Shown here: positions 1-10,438 of the stretch, piece after piece | How positions within the stretch are numbered: the stretch's first letter is position 1 | Layout of the letters: the number at the start of each line of letters is the position of its first letter | From: a virus | Lineage: Duplodnaviria > Caudoviricetes | Virus record (IMG/VR): IMGVR_UViG_3300049060_000034 | Coordinates: 2,743 to 66,742 of that record | Length of the DNA: 64,000 nucleotides | Strand: one strand, 5' to 3' | Position numbers and translations under genes: made by a program | The notes under the pieces: model-generated | The model's input: only the letters and a program-made list of their open reading frames with translations | Told to the model about the DNA's origin: nothing | Database searches by the model: none

Positions 1-944
1 TTGTAGAGGTTGCCCCCGCCCTCTGATCCCAGGCCCAAGGTCCCCTGAGCCAACTGCCCGAGGTTACCTGCGGCGCCACCGGCCAGACCCAGGGCTTGGA
101 GGGCAGACTGCAACTGCTGCAACCCGACGTTGGACTTGGCCCCGAAATCGGCGATGCCCAACTGCTTACTCTGTTGTCCCGCCCCAATAGTTCCCAGGCC
201 ACGCTGCCCAATGTCTCCGGCGATCTGGGCTCTGGTCCCCAAGGCCCCTCTGGTCCCTTCCGCCCCTTGGAAGAAGTTGTTGAGGGCCATCCCCCCGTAA
301 TCCTTCCTGCCTTGCGCCCCCAGCGAGGTCAGATCCCTCTGCCTCTGGACATCGGCGTTGGCCAACGTGGACACTCGGCCTCCACCCCTCGGAGCGAAGT
401 TGGCGATGTTCTCCGACGCCGACTTGAATCCCTGGTTGACGTTGGCGAAGTCCCCAGCCATCAGCTTCTGGAGGGTCGCCTGTGACGGGAGGAACTTCTC
501 TATGGCCCTAGCCCCGTCTTGCATGAACGGTCGGTACGCCTGCTCAAGGTCCGCCAACCCAGTCATAGCGCCCAACTGTTCGGCGAAGGACTTCCTGAGC
601 ATCTCGTTGCCGAAGCCCATCAACTGATCACCCTCGGCGTTGAACTTGCTTTGGCTAGACGTGGCGTCAGCCAGCATCTGCCGGTAGTCCTTCAGCATCG
701 GCTCGAACTGTCCAGTCGCCTGATTGAAGACCGTGTTGATGGCGTTCGTGGCCATAGGGAACAGTTGCTGTCCCTGGGACAGGGCAAACTCCAACCCCCT
801 GCGCTGGGCGTCCATCAAAGGACGTTGCGCATCCAACATTTCCCTGGCCAACTTCTCCTGTCTCTTGGCCGCGCCCTTACCCTGAATCCCTCCTATGATG
901 GAAGATCCGACTCCAATTGCGGCGGGGACTGCTGCTGCTGCCAT
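1..944 (-). CDS. Internal virion/ejection (DNA-entry) protein, runs off window edge
   Basis: Hand-translated open frame from ATG at 944 (MAAAAVPAAIGVGSSIIGGIQGK...), Gly/Ala/Gln-rich, no stop to base 1; lies after a GNAT gene as in podovirus core-protein clusters; absent from the ORF track. Confidence 0.6.
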   Translation of the reverse strand, partial: MAAAAVPAAIGVGSSIIGGIQGKGAAKRQEKLAREMLDAQRPLMDAQRRGLEFALSQGQQLFPMATNAINTVFNQATGQFEPMLKDYRQMLADATSSQSKFNAEGDQLMGFGNEMLRKSFAEQLGAMTGLADLEQAYRPFMQDGARAIEKFLPSQATLQKLMAGDFANVNQGFKSASENIANFAPRGGGRVSTLANADVQRQRDLTSLGAQGRKDYGGMALNNFFQGAEGTRGALGTRAQIAGDIGQRGLGTIGAGQQSKQLGIADFGAKSNVGLQQLQSALQALGLAGGAAGNLGQLAQGTLGLGSEGGGNLY

Positions 945-1363
945 GATTCTAAACTCCTTTCAAGCGTCGTACCGTCGTACACTTTATACCACAAAGGACG
1001 TTCGCCTTTCACGTATCCTCTGATTCTACAAATCCTTTCCGCAGCCGCATTAGTGGGCTGATTCCATACACTAATCCTCTCACCCGACCCCCAGGCCAAT
1101 ACCTCCAGATAGCCCTCCATAGCGTCGGCCATCATCTCCCAGATGCCCTTGCCCTGGTAATCCTTCTTGATCCAGATCGGCTCCATATGAAGTTGCATCT
1201 GACAGACCACTATCCCGACCACCTTCCCAGTTTCGGTGTCGATGGCGGCCACTACCTTCGACCAGTCAGGGCTGAGCATGGGAATATTTTCCCGCTCACA
1301 AAATTCCTCCAGCAAGTAATATTGTTCCGGATCTAACATCCTAATTATTACGTTGTCGGTCAT
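893..1363 (-). CDS. GNAT-family acetyltransferase-like protein
   Basis: IKKDYQGKGIW resembles the acetyl-CoA-binding motif; position before the ejection protein gene. Confidence 0.65.
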   Translation of the reverse strand: MTDNVIIRMLDPEQYYLLEEFCERENIPMLSPDWSKVVAAIDTETGKVVGIVVCQMQLHMEPIWIKKDYQGKGIWEMMADAMEGYLEVLAWGSGERISVWNQPTNAAAERICRIRGYVKGERPLWYKVYDGTTLERSLESWQQQQSPPQLESDLPS

Positions 1364-1752
1364 GTTTCTATTCCTATTAACGCTATCCTGAAACTCAACG
1401 TCGGAGTTGTAGAGGGCACTGGTGTTGCCGCAGCGACAACCTTGACTCCGATGTTAGTTAGTTCGGGGACTCTAGTGAAAGAGGGATTCACTGTTAGGGT
1501 TCTCAATTGTCCCGCGATACCACTTATACTTTGGGTACTACAAATGTTATCAAGTGCGGGGAAGTTAGTCCCGATACTAATCGTGCAAGGGGTCTGAACG
1601 TTCACCGACTGGGTTGTGGCCGCTCTTACATCGAGAGCGAAGAAGCTATCTAATTGAGATTCCCTACTTTGAGTAATCAAAGTATTGCCGGTCAAGGTTC
1701 CATCAACCGCAGTCTCGGACATATAGACTATAGTTCTGGTATAGTTAGACAA
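1360..1752 (-). CDS. Hypothetical virion protein
   Basis: Tightly packed in the structural operon, Thr/Ser/beta-rich. Confidence 0.5.
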   Translation of the reverse strand: MSNYTRTIVYMSETAVDGTLTGNTLITQSRESQLDSFFALDVRAATTQSVNVQTPCTISIGTNFPALDNICSTQSISGIAGQLRTLTVNPSFTRVPELTNIGVKVVAAATPVPSTTPTLSFRIALIGIET

Positions 1753-2515
1753 GTTTCACCGTCCGTGGTTTGCAGAGTTTGATGATACTCAGATTCTGTG
1801 TAACATCATCATTTGCTGTAGCTTCAGCTTGTACCAACATAGTTACAGCAGTGGTGTTAAGATTCGATACTGTCAATGAATTATTACGCGCTAAATGTCG
1901 TTGACTACTACCTGACTGAACTCCTGCGCCATCTAACTGATTCAAGAACCCAAAGACTACATGAGCCTCACCAAAAATGTTGGTGGGTGATCTTCTAGTA
2001 TAGGTCCCTTCCACTCTCCACCATCCCGTATCCACATCTATCAGTCCGGTGTTTTCAACTACCTGAGCGTCGATACCAATCTGTAATCTTTTGTCGTTAT
2101 CGTTTGTAGCAAGATTGCCCGCATATAAGTACCATACGGAGTCTCCATCATTGGCTAAAGAGTTAGCAGGTAAAGAGAAGCTATGTAGAGAATCAAGACC
2201 CGCTCCCACATTACCTATAGTAGTTATATCTGTATATGGAAATATACTCTCAACCGGATTGGTATAACTAACTATAACTCCATCAGAACTAATTCTTATG
2301 AATCCATCCTGACCTCCATCATCTCTATAAGGGATGGTGATGATTCCTGGCTGAGGGTTCTGCCTCAGAGCCATATCCCCAACCTGATTCGGCACATTGC
2401 TCCTTACTCTATCTAGCTCCGTAGTTAGATAGTTCACCCTATCCGCCAAGTCACGAATGATCCTGGCAGTCTGAGAGTCCATCCCCGACAAGTTGGGCGT
2501 GTACAGATTAGGCAT
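1745..2515 (-). CDS. Tail fibre/virion-associated protein
   Basis: N-terminal coiled coil then beta-rich domain; lower GC than neighbours. Confidence 0.45.
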   Translation of the reverse strand: MPNLYTPNLSGMDSQTARIIRDLADRVNYLTTELDRVRSNVPNQVGDMALRQNPQPGIITIPYRDDGGQDGFIRISSDGVIVSYTNPVESIFPYTDITTIGNVGAGLDSLHSFSLPANSLANDGDSVWYLYAGNLATNDNDKRLQIGIDAQVVENTGLIDVDTGWWRVEGTYTRRSPTNIFGEAHVVFGFLNQLDGAGVQSGSSQRHLARNNSLTVSNLNTTAVTMLVQAEATANDDVTQNLSIIKLCKPRTVKLV

Positions 2516-2844
2516 TAGATTGTGTACGCCGAAATCCTTGCAGTCTCGGCCCCAGCGGCCCCAGCCAGATAGATGTCCTTCAAGCTAATCTGGTTATGGG
2601 ACGTGGCCCTCAAGACGTACTCCCTCCTGCCGTCCGCGTCAGCGAACAAGAATCCAGAGTCTGTCGCCAAGTTGACCGTCCCTGATTTGAAGACCAGATG
2701 GAAGGCGACTCCCGATCCCCACTGAATGTGGACCTCGGCTACCCGCCCCGTAAATAGGGTCCCCAATTGATTAGGGGTGGCCGTCTCGATCAAAGTGTAA
2801 AGGTCCGACCCCGTCGTCGCCAAAGTAACTGTAGCTGCTATCAT
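2515..2844 (-). CDS. Small virion protein, paralogue of the C-terminal domain of 2854..4209
   Basis: ATVTLAT...FTGRVA...FHLVFKSGTVNLATDSGFLFAD aligns by eye with the C-terminus of the upstream ORF. Confidence 0.6.
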   Translation of the reverse strand: MIAATVTLATTGSDLYTLIETATPNQLGTLFTGRVAEVHIQWGSGVAFHLVFKSGTVNLATDSGFLFADADGRREYVLRATSHNQISLKDIYLAGAAGAETARISAYTI

Positions 2845-2853
2845 TTCGTCTCC

Positions 2854-4209
2854 TTAGATTATGTGAACCGTGATCTTCGCCGTCTCCCCGCCCACAGAGC
2901 CCGCCAAATAAACCTCGGCCAGGGACAACTGGTTGTTGTCCCTGGCCTCATACTGCCAGTGCTTCTTGCCGTTTACGTCGGCGAATTCGAAGCCGGAATC
3001 CGTCGTAAGATTAACCGTTCCTTCCTTATACACCAAGTGAAAAGTTCCACTCTGATGCTGGATCGAAAGATCGGCCACCCTCCCCTGAAACGTCCGGGGA
3101 AATGTCCCCAGGGTTTCTTCCATCAATACGTACACGGGCTTACCTACGGTGGCCAACGTGACCGTGGCCGTCATCAGCGTGTTGAAGGCGATCTCTGTGA
3201 CTGCCCCACCCGTAAGCGTGGGAATCCCGAACGCCTCCGCCGAAGGAATCCCAGTAGCCGTGATGGTTTGATCTCCTCCGGCGACGGAGATCACTGGCGT
3301 CCCGAACGCTTCCGCGCTGGGTATTCCCGTGGCGCTAATGTTTAACTCTAGCGCAGGAGTTCCAAACGCTTCCCCACTAGCGATGCCGGTCGTGTCGATG
3401 TTCAACTGGACCGACGGGGTTCCGAAAGCCTCAGCCGATGCAATGCCAGTCGTGTCAATGTTGAGTTGAAGACTGGACGTTCCGAACGCTTCAGCAGATG
3501 CGATTCCAGTAGCAGTAATGGTCTGAGTCCCAGCAGCCGCAGGGAGGACCTCTAATGCTACCCAGTTCCAAGCAGCGGCCCCAGTCCCACCAGCGTCGAA
3601 GTTCATCGTGACCGTCGAGCCAGAGGTGGGAGTATTCGCCGCTTTGTATAGGGAGATTACAGAGATCGCTCCCGAGTAATCCGCCCCATCTTCAGTATCT
3701 GTCGAGGTCGGTGTGCCTAGCTGGTTCCAGCAGGTTGCGCAACCAAATCCCCTAGAGTTATCCGCCGAAGAAGTGTAAGCGTTGGGAGTGATGTTGTTGG
3801 TGGTACTACTTCCTTCACCAACGTTCCCTATCGGGTCACCCCCGATGTCCGCTCCCGTAACAACCTCGACCTTGACACTGATACGATTGGTCGATCCGTT
3901 CCCAGCAGTCCTTCTAACGCTCACCGTCCTGGATGCGCTAGTAGGCTGTTCCGCCGTCCAGATCGAGGCGTGGCCCGCCTCCGCCCCCGCGTCTCCGGGA
4001 TCTCTCTCGACTCTATTCGTCCATGTCAAACCTCCGCTGTCACTAACAGAGATGGTTATGTCCGCAGAGGAGCCATTCGTGTCCGCAGACACATGAACTA
4101 CCAACAGCGAATTGGCCGGAGCAGTAAACGACGCAGACGTAATGTCCACGTTGTTCGCTGGAGTCCCGGTAAACCTAATAGGACTGGAGGCATCTATTGC
4201 GATGGCCAT
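2854..4209 (-). CDS. Virion fibre/appendage protein with five about-20-aa TGI(A/P)SxEAFG repeats
   Basis: Repeats visible in the translation (about 3221-3525); beta-rich N-terminal domain. Confidence 0.55.
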   Translation of the reverse strand: MAIAIDASSPIRFTGTPANNVDITSASFTAPANSLLVVHVSADTNGSSADITISVSDSGGLTWTNRVERDPGDAGAEAGHASIWTAEQPTSASRTVSVRRTAGNGSTNRISVKVEVVTGADIGGDPIGNVGEGSSTTNNITPNAYTSSADNSRGFGCATCWNQLGTPTSTDTEDGADYSGAISVISLYKAANTPTSGSTVTMNFDAGGTGAAAWNWVALEVLPAAAGTQTITATGIASAEAFGTSSLQLNIDTTGIASAEAFGTPSVQLNIDTTGIASGEAFGTPALELNISATGIPSAEAFGTPVISVAGGDQTITATGIPSAEAFGIPTLTGGAVTEIAFNTLMTATVTLATVGKPVYVLMEETLGTFPRTFQGRVADLSIQHQSGTFHLVYKEGTVNLTTDSGFEFADVNGKKHWQYEARDNNQLSLAEVYLAGSVGGETAKITVHII

Positions 4210-4220
4210 CGGTCACCGCC

Positions 4221-4628
4221 TTACAGTTTGAAGATGCGGTTGGCCCCGTTGTCCCAGATCACATCAATGTTATTGCCGTTGGGGGTGATCGGCAGACCCG
4301 TAGCTGTATCAATGTAGGCTATCAGTCTGGACGTGGCTTGGTTGCCAGTGTCCTGCCATATAACCATAGCCTCACAAGGATCTCCAGTGACAGAAGTAAA
4401 GGTGAAGTCATTGGCGTCAGCCACTCCGTTCGTCACGGTCTTGCCCGCCAAGTTCCCGCTGGTGGCCACCTTCGCGGCCCCGGCTATGATGCTTGCGAAT
4501 TGATCCGTAGCCAGATTGACAGTGTAGTCAGCCGTGTCGATCAGATAAACCTTGATGTCGTTGGCGGACCAGTCCAAGTCCCCATCCAGGAACGCCTGCC
4601 TCGCCAAATCGTAAAGCGCGTTAGCCAT
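4221..4628 (-). CDS. Conserved phage virion/minor tail protein
   Basis: MANALYD...DIKVYLIDT...LAGKTVTNGVADAND...LIAYIDTATGLPITPNG, a type recurring in phage tail regions (recollection). Confidence 0.55.
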   Translation of the reverse strand: MANALYDLARQAFLDGDLDWSANDIKVYLIDTADYTVNLATDQFASIIAGAAKVATSGNLAGKTVTNGVADANDFTFTSVTGDPCEAMVIWQDTGNQATSRLIAYIDTATGLPITPNGNNIDVIWDNGANRIFKL

Positions 4629-7600
4629 TATATTTTTGCTCCTCCGTTAGATCGACTGACGTCTCCGAACGGCTTGATTGTGTTATAGGCGTCTCCTCTT
4701 CCCCAGGCTCCTGCCTTGATTTCAATGTCGGCGAGCCACAGTCCGAAGGGTTGGGAGGAAGTGAATCGGAACTTGTGGTACTTCGCTTTGATCGCTTGCG
4801 TAGGTAAGTAAGAGCGGACCCGAGCACCGCCCCCGTGCGGAATGGTATAAACATTGGTGACTCCGTCCGTTATTACAGACATTGTAATATTCGCAGTCGA
4901 GCGATGTGCGATCATCACTTCCCTAATATGGGAATAGAATGGCAAATCGAAAGAAGTGACCTGGGTTTCCCAAGTGGTAGCCTGCTCAGGCTCTGGTTCC
5001 CAGATCCACTCTATTCCCATATTTCTCCAGAGGTCCCCGTCGGTCCCCCTAAGTCTGAATTCGTGCGCCACGACCGGGTTCGTCAAACTGTAGGCGATCA
5101 CTTGTTCCCCGTTCGAGTTGAAGGTGAACGCCTCCACGGCCACAGCCGACCCGTCGATCTCCACCTGGAATGACTTGGTCAGTCCGAGCGTATCCCCACG
5201 CAGTCTGAACCCTTGCAGGTACTTCGCGCCGTTATAACCACCGCCGTCCCAATCAGTAGCGCGATTAACCTGTTCTTCCGCCTTGACGAGTCCGGCAGGC
5301 TCCCAAGCATATAGTCTTGGAGTTCCCGCAGATCCATCATTCCATGTAAGGTCAAGAGCCACTCCTCTAACGATTCTTCCGCTACCCGAATTGATGTCTC
5401 GAACATGCTGGTCCCTCACACTGCCGGTTATGACGTCCAGTACATCGTTGCTAGTGTTGCTCTCATAGCGAGCCGTCGGGGTGATGGTGGCCGAGCCGGG
5501 GTTGACGTCGATCACCAAATCTCCCACCTGCTTGGTCCCACGGATGTCATCCCAGATCTCCTCCCGATCCCACAGACGACAGGCTATGGGCGCGCTAGCG
5601 TCCGTGAAGGACGTCGAGAAGTTGCGAACCCTTCCGGTCTCACATCCCAAGATCAGGAAGTCGGTGTTGGTAGCTTGGATCTCCCTGGCCACTCGTATGA
5701 TGGGGAAGGCAGGGGACAGATCGACCGTCCACCCCCTGGTCAGGAAAGAGTAATAGAGGGTATAGCGTAGGGTGTCTAGGCCCTTGTAGTTGAAGTAAAG
5801 CCCGTCATAGGTGTACGTCAGGGAGATCTCGTCTTCCTGCGTGAAGTCCACTGCGGAGACCGGCGCGGAGAAGGCGGTGTTGACTCCGTCCTTTCGGAAG
5901 AGGGGCGACAGGGAGTCGTCCGTCAGACTCTCCAGGGCGTTGCCGTCGGTTCTGTAGATCCCATCATGGGACACGAAGTAGATGCCGTCCCCAACGGCGA
6001 GGCCGTATCGAGCAGCCACACCTTTACCCATTCCGGTCTCTTGAGGATAGAAGGAGGACCCGCCTCCTGTTTCTCCCCCAGTAAAGGAGGGCAAGATCCT
6101 CCAACTTCTCCTGTCGCTAAAGCAGAACACGATCCCGTCGAGGATGCAACCGTTCATCAGCTTCTCGGAAGGAGAACACAGTTCCAGGAAGTTAACATCC
6201 GACGCCGACTCTGGATCATTGCCGTTGGTCCAGATCAGGAAGCCCGGATTGAGAGGATCTCCCACTCCGAAGAAGAACTCTCCTCCGGCTCCACTGTAAG
6301 GACCAAATACGGCGGGGAGTCCTTGCGAATCCAACAACGGTTCCGGCATGAACCAAGACACGTTGGTCTGGGTCCCCCCATTCTCGTTGATCTCAACTCG
6401 GGTGGTCGAGGTCGGGTTGGTGTAGATGCTGTAGAACTTACCATTGATTATGATCTGTGACCCGCGCACCCATTGGACATTGAAGTTGTCCCCTCCCGTG
6501 CGGATCACGGTCGTGCCCACAACGTTACAGGTGCCAGTACGGGGGAGGTCGGGCCTCGGCCACGGCTTGAAGCGGTCCATTTGGACAATCGGATTCCTTC
6601 GAGCCGTCGAGTCCGGAATGTCATCCTGGAATATGGACGAGGACGCGGGCGTGACCGTGCCTATGTAGTGATAGTCTCCCAGTGTGCCGCCGATACGGAA
6701 CACGTCCAACACGTCCGCCTGCGTGTCCGTGTAGGCTGGCATCGTCACCTTCACCAGTCTGCGGCGACTGAGAATAGGAGATCTCGTAGGAGGCGAAGGA
6801 TTCGAGACGCTGCCAGTAGTAGTATTCCTGGCCCGATAAACATAGTTATAACCAGGAAGGTCGTGCGTGTCCGGCCCATGTGTGCCTCCCACCCAAATGT
6901 CGTCAATCCCGTAGGCCACTGCGGACGTGGTCTGAAAAGAAATCTGGAACGCGGCCACGTTGGCCCACGTCCGAGTCTCGTCGGTCCCGACTCGTTGGAA
7001 GGCGGAGATCGGAAGGAACAACTCGGTCCACTGGTTGTCACCCGAGTCGGCGGGCAGCGAGACGGGAGCCAAGTCCTGCCCTATCTCGAACCCCGGCCCC
7101 AGAGCCCGGTTGATGTCGTCGAGAGTGGTCCTCTGAAGGTTGCCCAGCGCGTCGATCTGCTGCCTGCTCAACTCCAACCCCCGCTTGGCCAACTGGCTGC
7201 GGACGAAGTCGTCTATCTGGGTCCGCTGAATCTCCACCTGCTGGGCGGAGATGGCCTGCGAAGTTCGGGCCACAGCCCCCTGCAAGTCAGGTTGACGCAG
7301 AGCTATGAAGTAGTAGTTGCGGGTGAAGTCGTTCGTCGTCGCGTCCACGTCGAAGCGGATCTGCACCTCCGTCAGGAAGTTGAACTGTCCCCTGATTCCA
7401 ACGTGGACGAAGTCGTCTGACTGGATCGGACGGTTCACACCCAGTCCGCCCTCCGAGATGTTAGCCACTGCCAAATTTAGCGCGGCAGTCTTCGAAGCAG
7501 TAGCCAGTCCGGCAGCCGTCGGCGTGAACTGCACGAAGTCAGCTACGATGGTGTTAGTGGCTACGTAGGTAGCTTCGAGGAAGCATCTGAATGACGCTGC

Positions 7601-8539
7601 TCCAGCCACTGCTTGAGTTGCAGAGAAGGTGCCCACGGTTGAGGTTCTGAAAGAAGGTATTCCATCAGGTCCCTCTGTAACGGAGATAACACGAACGTAC
7701 TCGGAGGAGTTGAGTCTAACAATAGCGTTTCTAACCAGTCCTGTAGACGGGGCTGTGAGCACAATCGTGCAAGGTCCTGTTGATCCTGAGTCATAATTGA
7801 TAGCTGCTATGGTAGTGGTGGCAATCGTCGGCAACACCTCGTCCACCAAAGTCTCCTCCGTCCCATTGAACGTAAGGAACATTCCGGCGTTGATGTTGGC
7901 TGCCGACGTAGGTATCACGGAAGCCATGTTGGGCGCGGCGGCGTCATACAAGATGGCGAGAATAGTTGTATTGACCCGCGACGTATCCGCGAAGGCTCCG
8001 CCTACTCCTCCGGCTGTGAACCCGGTGATGGCGTTACAGTTATCGACGAGAGCGTAGCTAAGCCCCTGCGTGTCAACGACTGGAGGGCTAAGTGGAGCAG
8101 CGAGTCCCCATTCCGTTCTGGCTCCTGTGGTCGAGAATTTACTGTTACGAGTATCGCTCCCAATGAAGAGGAATGGGTTAGTTGATCTATCGGGTCTGGA
8201 TATGACAGCCGAATATTTTTTACCACTAAAGCCGGTGTCGGCGACGGACAAGGCGTTGTGAGAGGCGTTATCGACGTAGACGTTTCCGTTAGCCGTACCG
8301 ACCAATCTACGAAAGGTTCCTGCGGAATTGTCATTGATCCTCCCAAGGAAGTAAACGTTAGCAGTATCGGCGGTGGTATAGAGGGCGGTCATTCCGGGCC
8401 GCTGTCTCCATTCGCCGAGGATGTAGCTACGAAGATTCTCCCCGTACTGGAACCACTCCGGAGTCAGACGGTCCCCAGGCAGAGTAATGTTCATTCCCCG
8501 CTTGACAAGGATTTGTGGTTTGCGATTGTACTCTGCCAT
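4628..8539 (-). CDS. Tail nozzle/tubular protein B-like (1303 aa)
   Basis: Large beta-rich protein after adaptor-like genes in a podovirus-type gene order. Confidence 0.55.
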   Translation of the reverse strand: MAEYNRKPQILVKRGMNITLPGDRLTPEWFQYGENLRSYILGEWRQRPGMTALYTTADTANVYFLGRINDNSAGTFRRLVGTANGNVYVDNASHNALSVADTGFSGKKYSAVISRPDRSTNPFLFIGSDTRNSKFSTTGARTEWGLAAPLSPPVVDTQGLSYALVDNCNAITGFTAGGVGGAFADTSRVNTTILAILYDAAAPNMASVIPTSAANINAGMFLTFNGTEETLVDEVLPTIATTTIAAINYDSGSTGPCTIVLTAPSTGLVRNAIVRLNSSEYVRVISVTEGPDGIPSFRTSTVGTFSATQAVAGAASFRCFLEATYVATNTIVADFVQFTPTAAGLATASKTAALNLAVANISEGGLGVNRPIQSDDFVHVGIRGQFNFLTEVQIRFDVDATTNDFTRNYYFIALRQPDLQGAVARTSQAISAQQVEIQRTQIDDFVRSQLAKRGLELSRQQIDALGNLQRTTLDDINRALGPGFEIGQDLAPVSLPADSGDNQWTELFLPISAFQRVGTDETRTWANVAAFQISFQTTSAVAYGIDDIWVGGTHGPDTHDLPGYNYVYRARNTTTGSVSNPSPPTRSPILSRRRLVKVTMPAYTDTQADVLDVFRIGGTLGDYHYIGTVTPASSSIFQDDIPDSTARRNPIVQMDRFKPWPRPDLPRTGTCNVVGTTVIRTGGDNFNVQWVRGSQIIINGKFYSIYTNPTSTTRVEINENGGTQTNVSWFMPEPLLDSQGLPAVFGPYSGAGGEFFFGVGDPLNPGFLIWTNGNDPESASDVNFLELCSPSEKLMNGCILDGIVFCFSDRRSWRILPSFTGGETGGGSSFYPQETGMGKGVAARYGLAVGDGIYFVSHDGIYRTDGNALESLTDDSLSPLFRKDGVNTAFSAPVSAVDFTQEDEISLTYTYDGLYFNYKGLDTLRYTLYYSFLTRGWTVDLSPAFPIIRVAREIQATNTDFLILGCETGRVRNFSTSFTDASAPIACRLWDREEIWDDIRGTKQVGDLVIDVNPGSATITPTARYESNTSNDVLDVITGSVRDQHVRDINSGSGRIVRGVALDLTWNDGSAGTPRLYAWEPAGLVKAEEQVNRATDWDGGGYNGAKYLQGFRLRGDTLGLTKSFQVEIDGSAVAVEAFTFNSNGEQVIAYSLTNPVVAHEFRLRGTDGDLWRNMGIEWIWEPEPEQATTWETQVTSFDLPFYSHIREVMIAHRSTANITMSVITDGVTNVYTIPHGGGARVRSYLPTQAIKAKYHKFRFTSSQPFGLWLADIEIKAGAWGRGDAYNTIKPFGDVSRSNGGAKI

Positions 8540-9912
8540 TATGCCTCCACAAGTTGTCGATCTTCCTGAGCCGCCGCCACAGCCTGCTGTTTACGAAGAG
8601 GTCTAAACCATCTCTCCTGTAGGCTTGGAAGCTGGCTAGCTTGATAGAGAGGGCTCTGCGCCGCCATCTGTTGTCGGTAGTCTAAGGCCGCCGCCAGGGC
8701 CGACTCATATCTGGGCATGCTTATCTCGAACTCTGCTCCCTGCGACTTGACCAACGCCACATGCTGAGCGTAGTCGTAGATTGCCTGTATATGTTCACGT
8801 CCCACTTGAATGAAGTCACCATCCGCAACGGGGACCGGGGCCTTGCGAATCGCTTCGAAGGTCATCGCATAGACCCCGTTAGGTATTGGCCGCACCCCAA
8901 TCGTGTTCCAATTTAGTTGAGCTACGGAGCGGGGGGTCCCCGTAGTCTGCTTCCATGTTGGCCTAACTTGATCCCATTGAGCGACCGTGGAGATGGGTCC
9001 TCTTGGACCATCATCATTCTGCCATAAGATGGAGAGATAATTAGCCATTGCTTCCAATCCGTCCATATAACGTCGCTCTGCGTATTGTTCCATGGCGGGG
9101 CATCGGGCCAATCCGTCTCCTCCGAATAAGTCGGCCAATACTCGATATTTGAGTACGACTCCTGCATCATCCGGAACTCCTATTGAAGTGGCTACGTTCA
9201 CTGGATCAAGAGCGCCACCAGTCTTGACCCCTTGGATCTCCAGCACTGACAGAACCGGCGGAGGAGGCCACAGATCCACTGTCAATTGTGGAGAGTAAGA
9301 GACGCTATAAGCCTTAGGTCTGTTGGTTCCAGGTTGAACCGTCTGCCTAACTGTGGTGTGCAGTTGGATCTGATCAATGGACCAAAGAGGTACCGCGCCC
9401 TGATTTTGTGGAGTGATGTCCGCCCTCAAAATTCTTATGTGATCCGAGGGAAGGATGACTCGACTGGTGGTCGCGTTGACGGTGTAGCCTTGAGCGATGC
9501 AGGCGGTCAACTTCAGAAACTCATCCCGACTCTCAGTCAGGATGGTGGAGATCTCCTCCAATGAGAACATCTCCGTACCCACCCATCCCCCTGGCCAGGA
9601 CGAAATCTGCGGCTCCATCAGAGCGTAGTTGATGTCGTTGATTAGTTCGCGGTCGGTGACACTCAGGCCCTGGATCAGTTCGGTCTCGGATTGATTAAAG
9701 AGACTGTTCTCCAGGTAATAGAAAGGTTGGTTGTTGACGGTCTCGATCTTGCCGGTTTCCCGGAAGTACATCGCCGTCAACCCCCACCACCTTAGCGCCT
9801 CGACTATGTAACGGCCCAGTTCGTGGTCCGTGAAGAACACTTTACCTGGGTCGCCAAGGTCATTGGCGAGCCGTTGCTTGGCCTGCGCGAAGGTGGTGTG
9901 GTTGTACGGCAT
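8539..9912 (-). CDS. Head-tail adaptor/tail tubular protein A-like
   Basis: MPYNHTTFAQAKQRLANDLGD...W start and gene order before the nozzle. Confidence 0.45.
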   Translation of the reverse strand: MPYNHTTFAQAKQRLANDLGDPGKVFFTDHELGRYIVEALRWWGLTAMYFRETGKIETVNNQPFYYLENSLFNQSETELIQGLSVTDRELINDINYALMEPQISSWPGGWVGTEMFSLEEISTILTESRDEFLKLTACIAQGYTVNATTSRVILPSDHIRILRADITPQNQGAVPLWSIDQIQLHTTVRQTVQPGTNRPKAYSVSYSPQLTVDLWPPPPVLSVLEIQGVKTGGALDPVNVATSIGVPDDAGVVLKYRVLADLFGGDGLARCPAMEQYAERRYMDGLEAMANYLSILWQNDDGPRGPISTVAQWDQVRPTWKQTTGTPRSVAQLNWNTIGVRPIPNGVYAMTFEAIRKAPVPVADGDFIQVGREHIQAIYDYAQHVALVKSQGAEFEISMPRYESALAAALDYRQQMAAQSPLYQASQLPSLQERWFRPLRKQQAVAAAQEDRQLVEA

Positions 9913-9921
9913 AGTTAATCA

Positions 9922-10419
9922 TTAGAAGCGGAAGCCCAAACCAGATTGGAAGGTCCGCTCAGCCGGAGCGAGGAACTCGCCGGTTCTCTTGAACCCTACT
10001 GCCAATGGGCGGACGTAGAAGTTCCCGAAATTTAGATCACCTCCGATAAGAACTTCTCGACTAAACACCCCAGAACCATTGGCTCTATCGAGACCTGCGC
10101 TGAATCTGGCGAACGGTTCGAAGATCGAATAGTGGTAACTGACCTGTCCATTCAAGTAGTAAGTATCTACGTCGGTCGTGAAGTTGCGCTTGTAAGTGAC
10201 TCCTGCCGAAGCCCTTACAGGCCCAATCTTTCCGACTGTGCCCATCGCCTCTGCGGCAATGTTAGGACGATAGGTCGTCCCTTCCGTACCGAAGTTGCCG
10301 GGAGCAAGTCCCTTGACTTCGCTGGCGGTGGCGAACACGCCCACCTTAAATCGGAAATCCTGGGCAGTCGCAGTGACGGTTCCCAAGATTAGAAACAGAG
10401 CGATCAAAAAGGTTTTCAT
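9922..10419 (-). CDS. Outer-membrane beta-barrel protein with signal peptide
   Basis: Start MKTFLIALFLILGTVTATAQ after a TAGGAG RBS; alternating amphipathic strands; C-terminal GLGFRF (terminal Phe typical of OMPs). Confidence 0.65.
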   Translation of the reverse strand: MKTFLIALFLILGTVTATAQDFRFKVGVFATASEVKGLAPGNFGTEGTTYRPNIAAEAMGTVGKIGPVRASAGVTYKRNFTTDVDTYYLNGQVSYHYSIFEPFARFSAGLDRANGSGVFSREVLIGGDLNFGNFYVRPLAVGFKRTGEFLAPAERTFQSGLGFRF

Positions 10420-10438
10420 TCGTACTCCTATATTAGGG

